NCBI GenBank assembly: GCA_963790075.1
Contig: CAWBNG010000004.1
Coordinates: 234,917-258,916, forward strand
Source of the DNA: an uncultured Chloroflexia bacterium
GTDB taxonomy: Bacteria > Chloroflexota > Anaerolineae > Anaerolineales > Villigracilaceae
Direction of reading: 5' to 3'
Length of the DNA stretch: 24,000 nt
Shown here one piece after another: positions 1-8,191 of the stretch. Within the stretch, counting starts at the first letter, position 1. Every line of letters begins with the position of its first letter. Made by a program: the position numbers and the translations under genes. Below the pieces are notes generated by a model. The model saw only the letters and a program-made list of their open reading frames with translations, was not told where the DNA came from and made no database searches.

Positions 1-3000
1 TGGGCAGGCCTTTACCACTCATGGCGAACTTGGCGACCGCACCCCGCGGAGTGGCCTTGGAAGCCTGTCCGCCTGTGTTGGAGTACACTTCGGTATCGAG
101 CACCAGCACGTTGACGTTACGTCCCGAGGCCAATACGTGATCGAGCCCACCGTAGCCAATGTCATAGGCCCAACCGTCACCGCCGATGATCCAGACTGAG
201 CGCTTAACCAGACTGTCGGCCAGGCTGAGCAGGTCCTTCGCACGCGGGTCGTTTACCTTGGCCAGTTTCTGCTTGAGTTCCACGACGCGTTTACGTTGTT
301 GGTTGATACCGGATTCATCGCTCAGATCGGCGTTGAGCAGGTCGTCGACCAGAGAATCACCGAGTACTCTGGTTATCTGCGGCAGTTTTACGAGTTCGCG
401 GGCAAACTCAGTTTGCTTGTCAACCGTCAGGCGCATACCCAGACCGAACTCGGCATTGTCTTCGAAAAGCGAGTTAGACCAGGCCGGACCGCGGCCAGCT
501 GCGTTGACTGACCATGGAGTGGTTGGTAGATTGCCTCCGTAAATGGATGAGCAGCCGGTCGCGTTGGCAATGATGGCGCGATCGCCGAAGAGCTGCGAGA
601 CCAGCTTAACGTAGGGGGTCTCACCGCAGCCGGCACAGGCACCGGAGAACTCAAATAGCGGTCGCAGCAGCTGGGAATTCTTGATCGTCGATGGGTTGAC
701 CAAGGTGCGGTCAACGTCCGGCAGGCTCATGAAGTAGTCCCAGTTGGCGGCTTCGGTCTCGCGCAATGCGGGCTGCGGAGCCATATTGATGGCTTTACGA
801 CCGACCTGTGTCTTGTCTTTGACCGGGCAGGCGTCCACGCAAAGTGTGCAGCCGGTGCAGTCTTCAGGCGCGACCTGGACGGTATAAGCCATATCCGGGA
901 ATTCGCGGAATTTGGAGTCCATGTGTTTGAAGGTTTTGGGAGCATCTTTGAGCAGTGCCGTATCGTAGACCTTGTGACGGATCACAGCGTGCGGGCAGAC
1001 CATGACACATTTGCCACATTGGATGCACAGGTCCGGTTCCCAGACCGGGATCTCAAGGGCGATGTTGCGCTTTTCCCACTGCGTCGTGGCTGACGGATAA
1101 GTGCCATCATCAGGCAGGGCTGAGACCGGGACGTCGTCGCCTTCGAAGGCGATCATCGGACCAAGCACCTCACGGACGAACTTGGGCGCCTGCTCCGGCA
1201 CCGGGGCGCGGCGTGTGAGCGTACTGGTCGCTTTAGCCGGAACCTTGACTTCGTGCAGGTTGACCAGGGTCTGGTCGACGGCGTTAAAGTTCTGTTTCAC
1301 AACTGCCTCGCCGCGCTTGCCGTATGTTTTCTCGATCGCATGCTTGATTTCAGCAATGGCTTGTTCACGCGGTAAAACGCCGGAAATCGCGAAGAAGCAG
1401 GTCTGCATGATGGTATTGATGCGATTGCCCATGCCGGTTTTCTCGGCTACATCATAAGCATTGATGACGTGAAATTTCAGGTTCTTGTCTAAAATGGCCT
1501 GTTGGGCTTCACGGGGTAGGGTGTCCCAGACTTCGTCTGGACCGTAGAAGCTGTTCAATAAGAAGACGCTACCAGGTTGGGAATATTTCAGGATGTCGAA
1601 GCGTTCAAGAAATGTGAACTGGTGGCAGGCAACAAAGTTCGCAGTATTGGGGGCGATCAGGTACGGGGCTTCGATTGGTTTAGGGCCAAAGCGCAGATGC
1701 GAGATGGTCAGCGAGCCGGATTTCTTCGAGTTGTAGACGAAATAACCCTGGGCATAGTTCTGGGTTTCCTCGCCGATGATTTTGATCGAGTTCTTATTGG
1801 CGCCCACCGTGCCATCCGAGCCGAGGCCGAAGAACAAGCAGCGAACGGTCTCGGGGTGCTCGACTGAGAAGGCTGGATCGTACAACAAGCTGGTATGCGA
1901 AAGATCGTCGTTGATCCCGATGGTAAAGTGATTCTTAGGCGTGGGCTTGGTGAGTTCATCCAGTACGCCTTTGACCATGGCGGGCGTGAACTCTTTCGAC
2001 GACAAGCCATAGCGTCCACCGATAACTTTGATCCCGGTTCGACCGGATTCAACCAACGCATTGACGATATCGAGATAGAGAGGTTCGCCACCTGATCCGG
2101 GTTCCTTGGTGCGGTCCAGCACAGCGATGGTTTTAACCGTCTTGGGCAGGGCAGCGACGAAGTGTTCCATCGAGAATGGACGGTACAGCCGCACGCGGAT
2201 CGCAGCGACTTTTTCACCCTTCTCGGCTAGATATTTAACCGTCGCTTCAGCCGTCTCGCCGCCGGATCCCATCAAGATGATGATCCGCTCAGCTTCGGGA
2301 TGACCGCTGTAATCGAACAGGTGGTAGGCGCGTCCGACAATCTGGGTGAATTGATCCATCACCTCCTGGACAATCCCCGGCGTCTTGGCGTAATACGGGT
2401 TGACGGTCTCGCGGGCCTGGAAGAATACATCCGGGTTTTGCGCGGTACCGCGAATGAAAGGATGATCCGGTGAAAGTCCGCGTGAACGGTGCTGGCGGAT
2501 AGCGTCCTCGTCGATTAACGGGGCCAGATCGTCATTGCTTAATTGTTCGATTTTGGTGACTTCATGGGAAGTACGGAAGCCATCGAAGAAATGTAGGAAC
2601 GGTACACGAGTCTTCAGCGTCGCTGCCTGTGCGATGGCGGCAAAATCGTGAGCCTCCTGAACCGAGCCTGATGATAGCAGGGCGAAGCCAGTTTGCCGCG
2701 TAGCCATCACGTCCGAGTGATCTCCGAAGATCGAGAGTGCCTGGGCAGCAATCGAGCGTGCTGCCACGTTGAAAACCGTGCTGGTCAACTCGCCGGCAAT
2801 CTTGAACATGTTCGGAATCATCAGGAGCAAGCCTTGCGAGGCTGTGAAAGTAGTGGTCAGCGCGCCAGCTTGCAGCGCACCGTGCACTGCACCAGCCGCG
2901 CCACCTTCAGATTGCATCTCGATCACCTGGGGAATGGTGCCCCAGAGATTGGGTTTGCCCTTGGAAGCCCATTCATCGGCAAATTCGCCCATCGGGGAGG

Positions 3001-3097
3001 ATGGGGTGATGGGATAAATTGCGACAACCTCGTTCAGGCGAAAGGCAACCGAGGCGGCAGCTTCATTCCCGTCGATCGTTACCACTGTTTTTTTCAT
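1..3097 (-). CDS. nifJ: pyruvate:ferredoxin (flavodoxin) oxidoreductase (PFOR), N-terminal ~1032 codons; the 3' end runs off the left window edge
   Basis: The frame has no stop inside the window, so the ORF track omits it. No other ORF is listed in this minus frame, which fits one uninterrupted reading frame. Reverse complement from ATG (comp. 3095-3097), with GAAGGAG 5 nt upstream, reads MKKTVVTIDGNEAAASVAFRLNEVVAIYPITPSSPMGEFADEW...MQSEGGAAGAVHGALQAGALTTTFTASQGLLLMIPNM. There are two ferredoxin motifs, CIQCGKCVMVCP and CTGCTLCVDACP (approx 826-1030), a GACAGCGETPY motif, and the TPP motif GGDGWAYDIGYGGLDH...DTEVYSNTGGQ (approx 60-195). Confidence 0.95.
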   Translation of the reverse strand, partial: MKKTVVTIDGNEAAASVAFRLNEVVAIYPITPSSPMGEFADEWASKGKPNLWGTIPQVIEMQSEGGAAGAVHGALQAGALTTTFTASQGLLLMIPNMFKIAGELTSTVFNVAARSIAAQALSIFGDHSDVMATRQTGFALLSSGSVQEAHDFAAIAQAATLKTRVPFLHFFDGFRTSHEVTKIEQLSNDDLAPLIDEDAIRQHRSRGLSPDHPFIRGTAQNPDVFFQARETVNPYYAKTPGIVQEVMDQFTQIVGRAYHLFDYSGHPEAERIIILMGSGGETAEATVKYLAEKGEKVAAIRVRLYRPFSMEHFVAALPKTVKTIAVLDRTKEPGSGGEPLYLDIVNALVESGRTGIKVIGGRYGLSSKEFTPAMVKGVLDELTKPTPKNHFTIGINDDLSHTSLLYDPAFSVEHPETVRCLFFGLGSDGTVGANKNSIKIIGEETQNYAQGYFVYNSKKSGSLTISHLRFGPKPIEAPYLIAPNTANFVACHQFTFLERFDILKYSQPGSVFLLNSFYGPDEVWDTLPREAQQAILDKNLKFHVINAYDVAEKTGMGNRINTIMQTCFFAISGVLPREQAIAEIKHAIEKTYGKRGEAVVKQNFNAVDQTLVNLHEVKVPAKATSTLTRRAPVPEQAPKFVREVLGPMIAFEGDDVPVSALPDDGTYPSATTQWEKRNIALEIPVWEPDLCIQCGKCVMVCPHAVIRHKVYDTALLKDAPKTFKHMDSKFREFPDMAYTVQVAPEDCTGCTLCVDACPVKDKTQVGRKAINMAPQPALRETEAANWDYFMSLPDVDRTLVNPSTIKNSQLLRPLFEFSGACAGCGETPYVKLVSQLFGDRAIIANATGCSSIYGGNLPTTPWSVNAAGRGPAWSNSLFEDNAEFGLGMRLTVDKQTEFARELVKLPQITRVLGDSLVDDLLNADLSDESGINQQRKRVVELKQKLAKVNDPRAKDLLSLADSLVKRSVWIIGGDGWAYDIGYGGLDHVLASGRNVNVLVLDTEVYSNTGGQASKATPRGAVAKFAMSGKGLP

Positions 3098-3308
3098 AAC
3101 AACTCCTTCAATGAAAACGCAGGTGGGGATACCTGCAATTTAGCTAAATGTGAATTTTATCACTAATTTTATTGGAGCTAATTTTACCCAGTTACAAGTT
3201 TATTCCCCATTCTCCTCTTATGTTAGTAATTAAAAGCCTGTATAAGCCTGCGAGTTGTCATATTTCGGATAAAAATACGCAGGATAGTGGGATTGATTGA
3301 ATTAATGA

Positions 3309-3848
3309 TTATGCCAGGAGCTTTTCTAAGTGTGTTCTGGTCATGCATAAAGCTGCCAATGATTTCGCATCCGGCATTTCCCCGTTTTCTGCCATGCTGA
3401 GAGCCTTTTTTATGGAAATCGCTTCTACCTGCAGGAATTCATCTGCGTCCGGATCAAGCGGGTCGTAACGCAAGTCGGTAGCCAAATATACGACCATGAG
3501 TTCGGTCGAATATCCAGGTGCAAGATAAAATTGACCGATTTCTTTCATCTGCCCTGCTGCCATGCCCGTCTCTTCCCGGATCTCGCGTAAGGCGCAGGCA
3601 AGGGGTTCTTCGCCTTCATCCAAAGTTCCAGCAGGCAACTCAAGCAAATCCTTGGCTGCTGCATGACGGTACTGCCGTACGAAGAGCACCTCCCCTTTTT
3701 CATTAATAGGCAGCAACACCACAGAACCATGATGTTCGACGATATCGAAATCGGTTGTGCGCCCATCCGGTAATTTGACCTGGTCGCGGCGGATGGCAAA
3801 GGCGCGGCCATGATACATGGTTTCACTACTAAGCAGTTCGAATGACAT
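3309..3848 (-). CDS. Nudix hydrolase, ADP-ribose pyrophosphatase-like
   Basis: Nudix box GTLDEGEEPLACALREIREETGM. I prefer the start at internal ATG 3848 (MSFELLSSETMYHG...) because GGGAG lies 7-8 nt upstream. The track's longer 3908 start would run through the upstream terminator hairpin. Confidence 0.88.
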   Translation of the reverse strand: MSFELLSSETMYHGRAFAIRRDQVKLPDGRTTDFDIVEHHGSVVLLPINEKGEVLFVRQYRHAAAKDLLELPAGTLDEGEEPLACALREIREETGMAAGQMKEIGQFYLAPGYSTELMVVYLATDLRYDPLDPDADEFLQVEAISIKKALSMAENGEMPDAKSLAALCMTRTHLEKLLA

Positions 3849-3866
3849 GCTCTTTCTCCCTAAGAA

Positions 3867-3900
3867 AACGCCCAAGCAGTGGTTTCTCTGCTTGGGCGTT
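3867..3900 (-). terminator. rho-independent terminator after the LysM gene
   Basis: Perfect 13-bp stem AACGCCCAAGCAG / CTGCTTGGGCGTT with an 8-nt loop. On the minus strand it is followed by TTTTCTTA. It sits 18 nt after the LysM stop and just upstream of the Nudix SD. Confidence 0.6.
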
Positions 3901-3917
3901 CGGGTCAAAGTTTTAGG

Positions 3918-4484
3918 TTACGGGATCGTAATTTGCTGTCCCATCGTGAGAGTAGCCGAGAGCGCCAGGCTGTTGGTCTGCGCGATGGAATTGGGATCGA
4001 TGTCACCGTAGTAGCAGGCCACGCCGTAGATGGTTTCGTCCGCTTTGCTGACCACGAAGGTTGCAGGATGGGGGTGCCAGGCGCGCGTGCCGGGGAAGGG
4101 ATTCCCGGTCTGCGGGATCTTGAGCACCAGGCCTGGTTGGAAGACCATGCCATCGGTCAGACCATTCAGCGAAAGCAATTCATCCGGGTTGAGATTGAAG
4201 CGGCGGGCGATGCAGTAGGGGAATTCACCGCTCTGTAGTGCATAGCTGGTCGGCAGCGTGCCGACAGCGGGCGGGGTGGAGGTGATCGAGGTCGTACCCG
4301 GCGTCGAGGTGGAGATGATTGAGATCTGGGTGGCGGTCGATGTGCTCCCCGTCATCACTTCAGGTGTGGCTGTAGCTGTGACGCCAGTCTCCGGTGTAAT
4401 TTCGCTGGGAGTCATATTGGGATCCACTGTTCCAGGTGTTTCAGCCATCGCCGTTTGGGTGATCAGCCCCTCAACAAAGTCCAT
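3918..4484 (-). CDS. LysM peptidoglycan-binding protein: Thr/Pro/Ser-rich linker plus two LysM domains; the ORF as listed has no signal peptide
   Basis: Two LysM-like units: YALQSGEFPYCIARRFNLNPDELLSLNGLTDGMVFQPGLVLKIP and FVVSKADETIYGVACYYGDIDPNSIAQTNSLALSATLTMGQQITIP. There is no SD before ATG 4484. The same frame stays open upstream to 4595 with no ATG, GTG or TTG. Confidence 0.75.
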   Translation of the reverse strand: MDFVEGLITQTAMAETPGTVDPNMTPSEITPETGVTATATPEVMTGSTSTATQISIISTSTPGTTSITSTPPAVGTLPTSYALQSGEFPYCIARRFNLNPDELLSLNGLTDGMVFQPGLVLKIPQTGNPFPGTRAWHPHPATFVVSKADETIYGVACYYGDIDPNSIAQTNSLALSATLTMGQQITIP

Positions 4485-4638
4485 TGAGGTCGGTAATGGA
4501 GTCGGAAATACACTGGTTGGGATTAAAAGTAGGCGTCGCCTGGGGGGCCTGTGATAGCGACCGCTCGCATGCGGTGGTCGTTGTGATAAGAAGAATCAGG
4601 GCAAACACCATGATCGCCCGACCTTTGTTTTGCACCAT
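4471..4638 (-). pseudogene. detached signal-peptide/lipobox ORF, probably the 5' end of the LysM gene separated by a +1 frame change
   Basis: The start at ATG 4638 has GAGGAG upstream. It reads MVQNKGRAIMVFALILLITTTTACERSLSQAPQATPTFNPNQ... and stops at 4471-4473. It overlaps the LysM ORF start by 14 nt in another frame. Confidence 0.5.
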
Positions 4639-4683
4639 TTGCTCATCTCCTCGAAACGGTCGTTTGACTTTAGATTTAGAATG

Positions 4684-4712
4684 ATGGTAGCACAACCCTG
4701 TGAGCACGTCAA
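4684..4712 (-). promoter_or_regulatory. candidate sigma-70-type promoter for the LysM/Nudix unit
   Basis: Minus strand reads TTGACG (comp. 4707-4712), a 17-nt spacer, then TACCAT (comp. 4684-4689). It lies ~45 nt upstream of ATG 4638. Confidence 0.3.
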
Positions 4713-4986
4713 GTTGCACAGAATCCCGAAAAACCTAAGAAATAACCGAAATTCTTGACCCTACGCGCGAAATATTGCCATATATTGGGGTTAACCTTTT
4801 GGTCGATATCCAAACTGCTCAGCGTACTACAGGCTTGACGGATTTGGTGTCCCTTATCCATCTGGTCGGTAATAGCAATGGCATCCACTCAAATGTATCC
4901 TCAGGATTCATCTTTATTTTAAATACCGATTGTTGACATTTGCCCAGGTAATGCGCAACCTTCGATGTTCTAATGTGTTATATTTG

Positions 4987-5015
4987 TTGACAAACGAACA
5001 TAATTTATGTAATAT
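4987..5015 (+). promoter_or_regulatory. near-consensus sigma-70-type promoter of the DeoR/PTS operon
   Basis: TTGACA (4987-4992), exactly 17 nt spacer, then TAATAT (5010-5015). It lies in an AT-rich intergenic region ~150 nt upstream of the deoR-family ATG. Confidence 0.5.
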
Positions 5016-5099
5016 ATAAACAATATCGAACAAATACTCAATTGATATATCTTTGGACAAAAAGCCGATTGAATTCTGTAATCTGATAACCAAGAGATC

Positions 5100-5165
5100 A
5101 TGATGGATAAATTTATTGATGTAATTTCATTGGCTTGTCATTCTGAAGTGTTGAAGCTGATATGA
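5100..5165 (+). CDS. possible 21-codon leader ORF translationally coupled to the DeoR gene
   Basis: ATGATG...ATATGA encodes MMDKFIDVISLACHSEVLKLI. Its TGA stop (5163-5165) overlaps the deoR ATG (5162-5164) as ATGA. The deoR gene has no good SD of its own. The ORF is short and AT-rich, so it could be chance. Confidence 0.2.
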   Translation: MMDKFIDVISLACHSEVLKLI

Positions 5166-5938
5166 ACGCGATGGAAAGACAGAACAGAATTGTTGAACAT
5201 ATTCTGGAAGAAGGGCAAATCGAAATTCCAGAGATATGTGAAATGTTCTCTGTCTCCGAGATGACTGCCCGGCGCGACCTTAATGAACTAGATCGACAGG
5301 GGATGTTGCGGCGTATTCACGGGGGTGCCGTAGCCAGCTTGGGACGGAGCTATGAACCGCCGTTCCAGACGCGTTCTTCAAAGAATCAAGCTGCTAAGAA
5401 AGCGATTGGTCTCAAAGCTGCCGAATTGATCTACGACGGCGATAGCATTGCTCTGGATGTCGGGACGACCACACTCGAAATTGTTGGGGGGTTGAAAGAG
5501 AAACGCAATCTGACGATCGTGACGAATTGCTTGCAAATTGCAAATCACGTTGTCGATCATCTTTCACTGGAGATCGATGCGCGCTTGATTTTGACGGGAG
5601 GCATTCTACGTCCCCGCGAGCTGTCTATGATCGGACCAATCCCGGAGCACGTCTATCAGGATTTGCATGTTGACAAAGCCTTCATCGGGATTGGCGGGAT
5701 CAGTCTCGAGGACGGCTTGACCGAATACAATATCGAAGATACCCAGATCAAGCAAATGTTGATCCACAGCGCTCGCGAGAAGATTGTTGTCACGGATAGC
5801 TCCAAGTTTGGCGTGACCACTTTTGCCTCAGTCGGCCCGCTCAATGCTGTCGACAAAATCGTCACCGATAAAGGGGTGCCGCCGGAGATGGTCGAGAAAA
5901 TTCGCAAACTCGGCGTTGAGGTCATACTGGCCGGATAG
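5162..5938 (+). CDS. DeoR/GlpR-family transcriptional regulator (SgcR-like position)
   Basis: The N-terminal HTH reads IPEICEMFSVSEMTARRDLNELDRQGMLRRIHGGAV. The C-terminal DeoR sugar-phosphate sensor region includes IALDVGTTTLEI and AFIGIGGIS. Confidence 0.9.
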   Translation: MNAMERQNRIVEHILEEGQIEIPEICEMFSVSEMTARRDLNELDRQGMLRRIHGGAVASLGRSYEPPFQTRSSKNQAAKKAIGLKAAELIYDGDSIALDVGTTTLEIVGGLKEKRNLTIVTNCLQIANHVVDHLSLEIDARLILTGGILRPRELSMIGPIPEHVYQDLHVDKAFIGIGGISLEDGLTEYNIEDTQIKQMLIHSAREKIVVTDSSKFGVTTFASVGPLNAVDKIVTDKGVPPEMVEKIRKLGVEVILAG

Positions 5939-5972
5939 ATCAGACGATTGGGATCCAAAAGGAGAATACAAG

Positions 5973-6479
5973 ATGGAATTCAAGCTAGACTCACAAACCA
6001 AAGTGCAGCCTGAACAAACCGAAACTTATATGAAGTTCCGCACATCCATTCCCAAGCCTACTGAAGAGGACGCGCATCTACGTCATATTTTGCGTTTTTA
6101 CATTGCACGTGCCATGCAGAAGCGCGGCTTGCAGGATATCCACATTCTGCCAGAGCTCACCTTGAGTGAGGGCAAGGTCCGGGTCGACGTTATCGGTGGC
6201 ACACCGGGAAACTATACGATTGCAATTTGCGAACCGGACTCGGTGACCTCCGAAACCGAGGAAATCCTTGAACTACTCAAAGATCTGGACGGAACCGAGA
6301 CGATCGTGCTGCATTCGCAATATGGGAAACCTGGCAATGTGATGGAAAAATTCCAGCCGCAACTCGAGTCGAAAAAATTCCGGCTGCTGGCGGTTGTCCC
6401 GCCGCCGTTTGACGATGTGTACGAATACGATATTTGGATGTTTGAAACAACCTTCCGAGATCTATTCGCTGAGGATTAA
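5973..6479 (+). CDS. hypothetical acidic protein, 168 aa, no family recognised
   Basis: ATG 5973 is preceded by AAAGGAG with 8 nt spacing. The track's longer 5823 start overlaps the deoR 3' end and is rejected. The gene lies 4 nt upstream of the EIIB gene. The segment GKVRVDVIGGTPGNYTIAICEPDS after a helix (RFYIARAMQKRGL) loosely resembles a PD-(D/E)xK nuclease-fold core but lacks the Lys. Confidence 0.6.
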   Translation: MEFKLDSQTKVQPEQTETYMKFRTSIPKPTEEDAHLRHILRFYIARAMQKRGLQDIHILPELTLSEGKVRVDVIGGTPGNYTIAICEPDSVTSETEEILELLKDLDGTETIVLHSQYGKPGNVMEKFQPQLESKKFRLLAVVPPPFDDVYEYDIWMFETTFRDLFAED

Positions 6480-6482
6480 TCT

Positions 6483-6791
6483 ATGTCTGCGAATAGCAAC
6501 ACCGGGAAAGTTTATAAGATCGTGGTTGCCTGTGGCACAGCTATCGCCACATCCACACATGTATCGATCAAAGTCAAGGAATTTCTCGAAGAGCGCGGCT
6601 TGCAGGCTATTACCATTCAATGCCGTGTTACCGAGGTGCCCAATTTAGCGCCGAATGCCGACCTGGTGATTTCAACCGCACAAGTTCCCTTTGACCTGGA
6701 TATTCCCGTGGTGGATGGGATTCCTTCTTTAACAGGCATTGGCATCAAGGAGGTGATTGACAGAATCGAAGAAATTTTGCGTTCCCGCTGA
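6483..6791 (+). CDS. PTS EIIB component, galactitol (Gat) family (GatB/SgcB-like)
   Basis: ~100 aa with the phospho-cysteine loop KIVVACGTAIATST, then IQCRV and VDGIPSLTGIG as in GatB-type EIIB. SD GAGGA lies upstream. Confidence 0.9.
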   Translation: MSANSNTGKVYKIVVACGTAIATSTHVSIKVKEFLEERGLQAITIQCRVTEVPNLAPNADLVISTAQVPFDLDIPVVDGIPSLTGIGIKEVIDRIEEILRSR

Positions 6792-6826
6792 TCTAAAGAT
6801 TTTATAATCAATAAGGAGAATGATAA

Positions 6827-8095
6827 ATGGAAACCGTAAAAGCAATTGGGGATTTTCTGACAGGTCTTGGAGCACCCGTCATGCTGCCTATCGTGATCTT
6901 CATTCTAGGGGTCATCCTCGGGCAGAAAGTAAGTCGGGCCTTCATCTCCGCCATAACGGTTGGTGTTGGTTTCATTGGCCTGGGCCTGGTGATCACACTG
7001 CTGTTCCAGGCGCTGGGACCAGCCACAGATGCGTTGGTGAAAGCCACCGGTATCCAGTTGACTTCATTGGATGTGGGCTGGGGTGTTGCGGCGGCAATCG
7101 CCTTTGGAACGACGGTTGGGGCCCTCGTGATTCCCCTGGCCTTTGGCTTGAATATCATCATGTTGCTCTTCAAGTGGACCAAAACCCTCAACGTCGATAT
7201 GTGGAACTTCTGGCACTATGCCTTTACTGGCTCGCTGGTCTACCTGGTCTCGGGCAATAACCTGCTGCTGGGTTTGATCGCTGCCACAATTCACGCCGCC
7301 GTTGCATTGCTGATTGCTGACTGGACTGCCAAGGATGTACAAGATTTCTTCAAGATTCCTGGCGTTTCAATTCCGCAAGGATGGGCAATCACCAGTGTTC
7401 CGATCATCAAGATCTTGAACTGGATTGTGGAAAAGATCCCGGGCCTGCGCGACATCCACTGGGATTTTGAATCCCTCGAGAAACGTCTGGGTATATTCGG
7501 CCAGCCGATCGTCATGGGTGCCATCCTCGGTCTGCTCTTCGGCTTGATCGCCTATGGATTCGATACGCGAGTGCTGACCTTGGCCGTCCAGATGGCAGCT
7601 GTGATGCTGCTCATCCCGCGCATCATCGCCATCTTTATGGAAGGGCTGACACCGCTCTCCGAGGCTGCCCGGGCCTTCATGCAGAAGCGCTTTTCGGACC
7701 GTGAGTTCTATATTGGGCTCGACTCAGCCATCCTGATCGGCCATCCGATCACCATCGCCGCTGGCATCATCCTGATCCCGGTGACGCTCTTCCTGGCTGC
7801 CATCCTGCCTGGCAACACGACCCTGCCAGCTGCTGACCTGGCTGCCACTGCCTTCTTCGTGGCCATGGTCCCGCCTTTGACGCGTGGTAACCTGTTCCGC
7901 TCGATCCTGTACGGTACGATTATCATGATCGTAGTGCTCTACATTTCGAGCTCCTTCGCTCCATTGATGACCGAGATCGCCAAGAGCATTGGCTATGCCA
8001 TCCCCGAGGGTGCGGTCCAGATTACCGGCCTGTCTGGCGGCAACTGGATTGCCTGGGTGCTGACCAACATTACCAAACTTTTCTTCGGCGGCTAA
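6827..8095 (+). CDS. PTS EIIC permease, galactitol (Gat) family (GatC/SgcC-like)
   Basis: 422-aa polytopic membrane protein. GatC-like strings include GAPVMLPIVIFILG, VDMWNFWHYAFTG, IPGVSIPQGW, EFYIGLDSAILIGHP and LPAADLAATAFFVAM. A strong SD AAGGAG lies upstream. Confidence 0.92.
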   Translation: METVKAIGDFLTGLGAPVMLPIVIFILGVILGQKVSRAFISAITVGVGFIGLGLVITLLFQALGPATDALVKATGIQLTSLDVGWGVAAAIAFGTTVGALVIPLAFGLNIIMLLFKWTKTLNVDMWNFWHYAFTGSLVYLVSGNNLLLGLIAATIHAAVALLIADWTAKDVQDFFKIPGVSIPQGWAITSVPIIKILNWIVEKIPGLRDIHWDFESLEKRLGIFGQPIVMGAILGLLFGLIAYGFDTRVLTLAVQMAAVMLLIPRIIAIFMEGLTPLSEAARAFMQKRFSDREFYIGLDSAILIGHPITIAAGIILIPVTLFLAAILPGNTTLPAADLAATAFFVAMVPPLTRGNLFRSILYGTIIMIVVLYISSSFAPLMTEIAKSIGYAIPEGAVQITGLSGGNWIAWVLTNITKLFFGG

Positions 8096-8115
8096 ACCGA
8101 AGCAGCATTTCCTCA

Positions 8116-8152
8116 GGTTGGAGAAGAGACTTCGGTAGTCTCTTCTCCAACC
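8116..8152 (+). other. intra-operon perfect 16-bp stem-loop between EIIC and the M42 gene, with no U-tract
   Basis: GGTTGGAGAAGAGACT (8116-8131), loop TCGGT, then AGTCTCTTCTCCAACC (8137-8152). It is followed by ATGCAATCATTTC, which is not a T-run. Confidence 0.55.
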
Positions 8153-8191
8153 ATGCAATCATTTCAAATGTTATTGTGAAAGACGGCTTTT

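Noticed and set aside
3119-3136. Small hairpin (GCAGGT-GGGGAT-ACCTGC) in the PFOR 5' leader
   Set aside because: It has only a 6-bp stem, with no recognisable riboswitch or attenuator context. It is not distinguishable from chance.
1-3166. All ORFs listed by the track in this region, for example 1708-2217 (minus) and 2693-3166 (plus)
   Set aside because: They lie in alternative frames of the PFOR gene. The PFOR frame is continuously open and matches PFOR motifs from the N-terminus to the TPP-binding site.
4474-4540. Programmed ribosomal frameshifting as the explanation for the split LysM gene
   Set aside because: I saw no slippery heptamer or downstream pseudoknot-like structure at the frame junction. 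A simple indel, either a mutation or an assembly error, is more parsimonious. The split is kept as a finding only as a frameshift.
5823-5972. Long N-terminal extension of the 168-aa hypothetical protein (track start 5823)
   Set aside because: It overlaps the last ~115 nt of the deoR gene in another frame. A strong SD precedes the internal ATG 5973.
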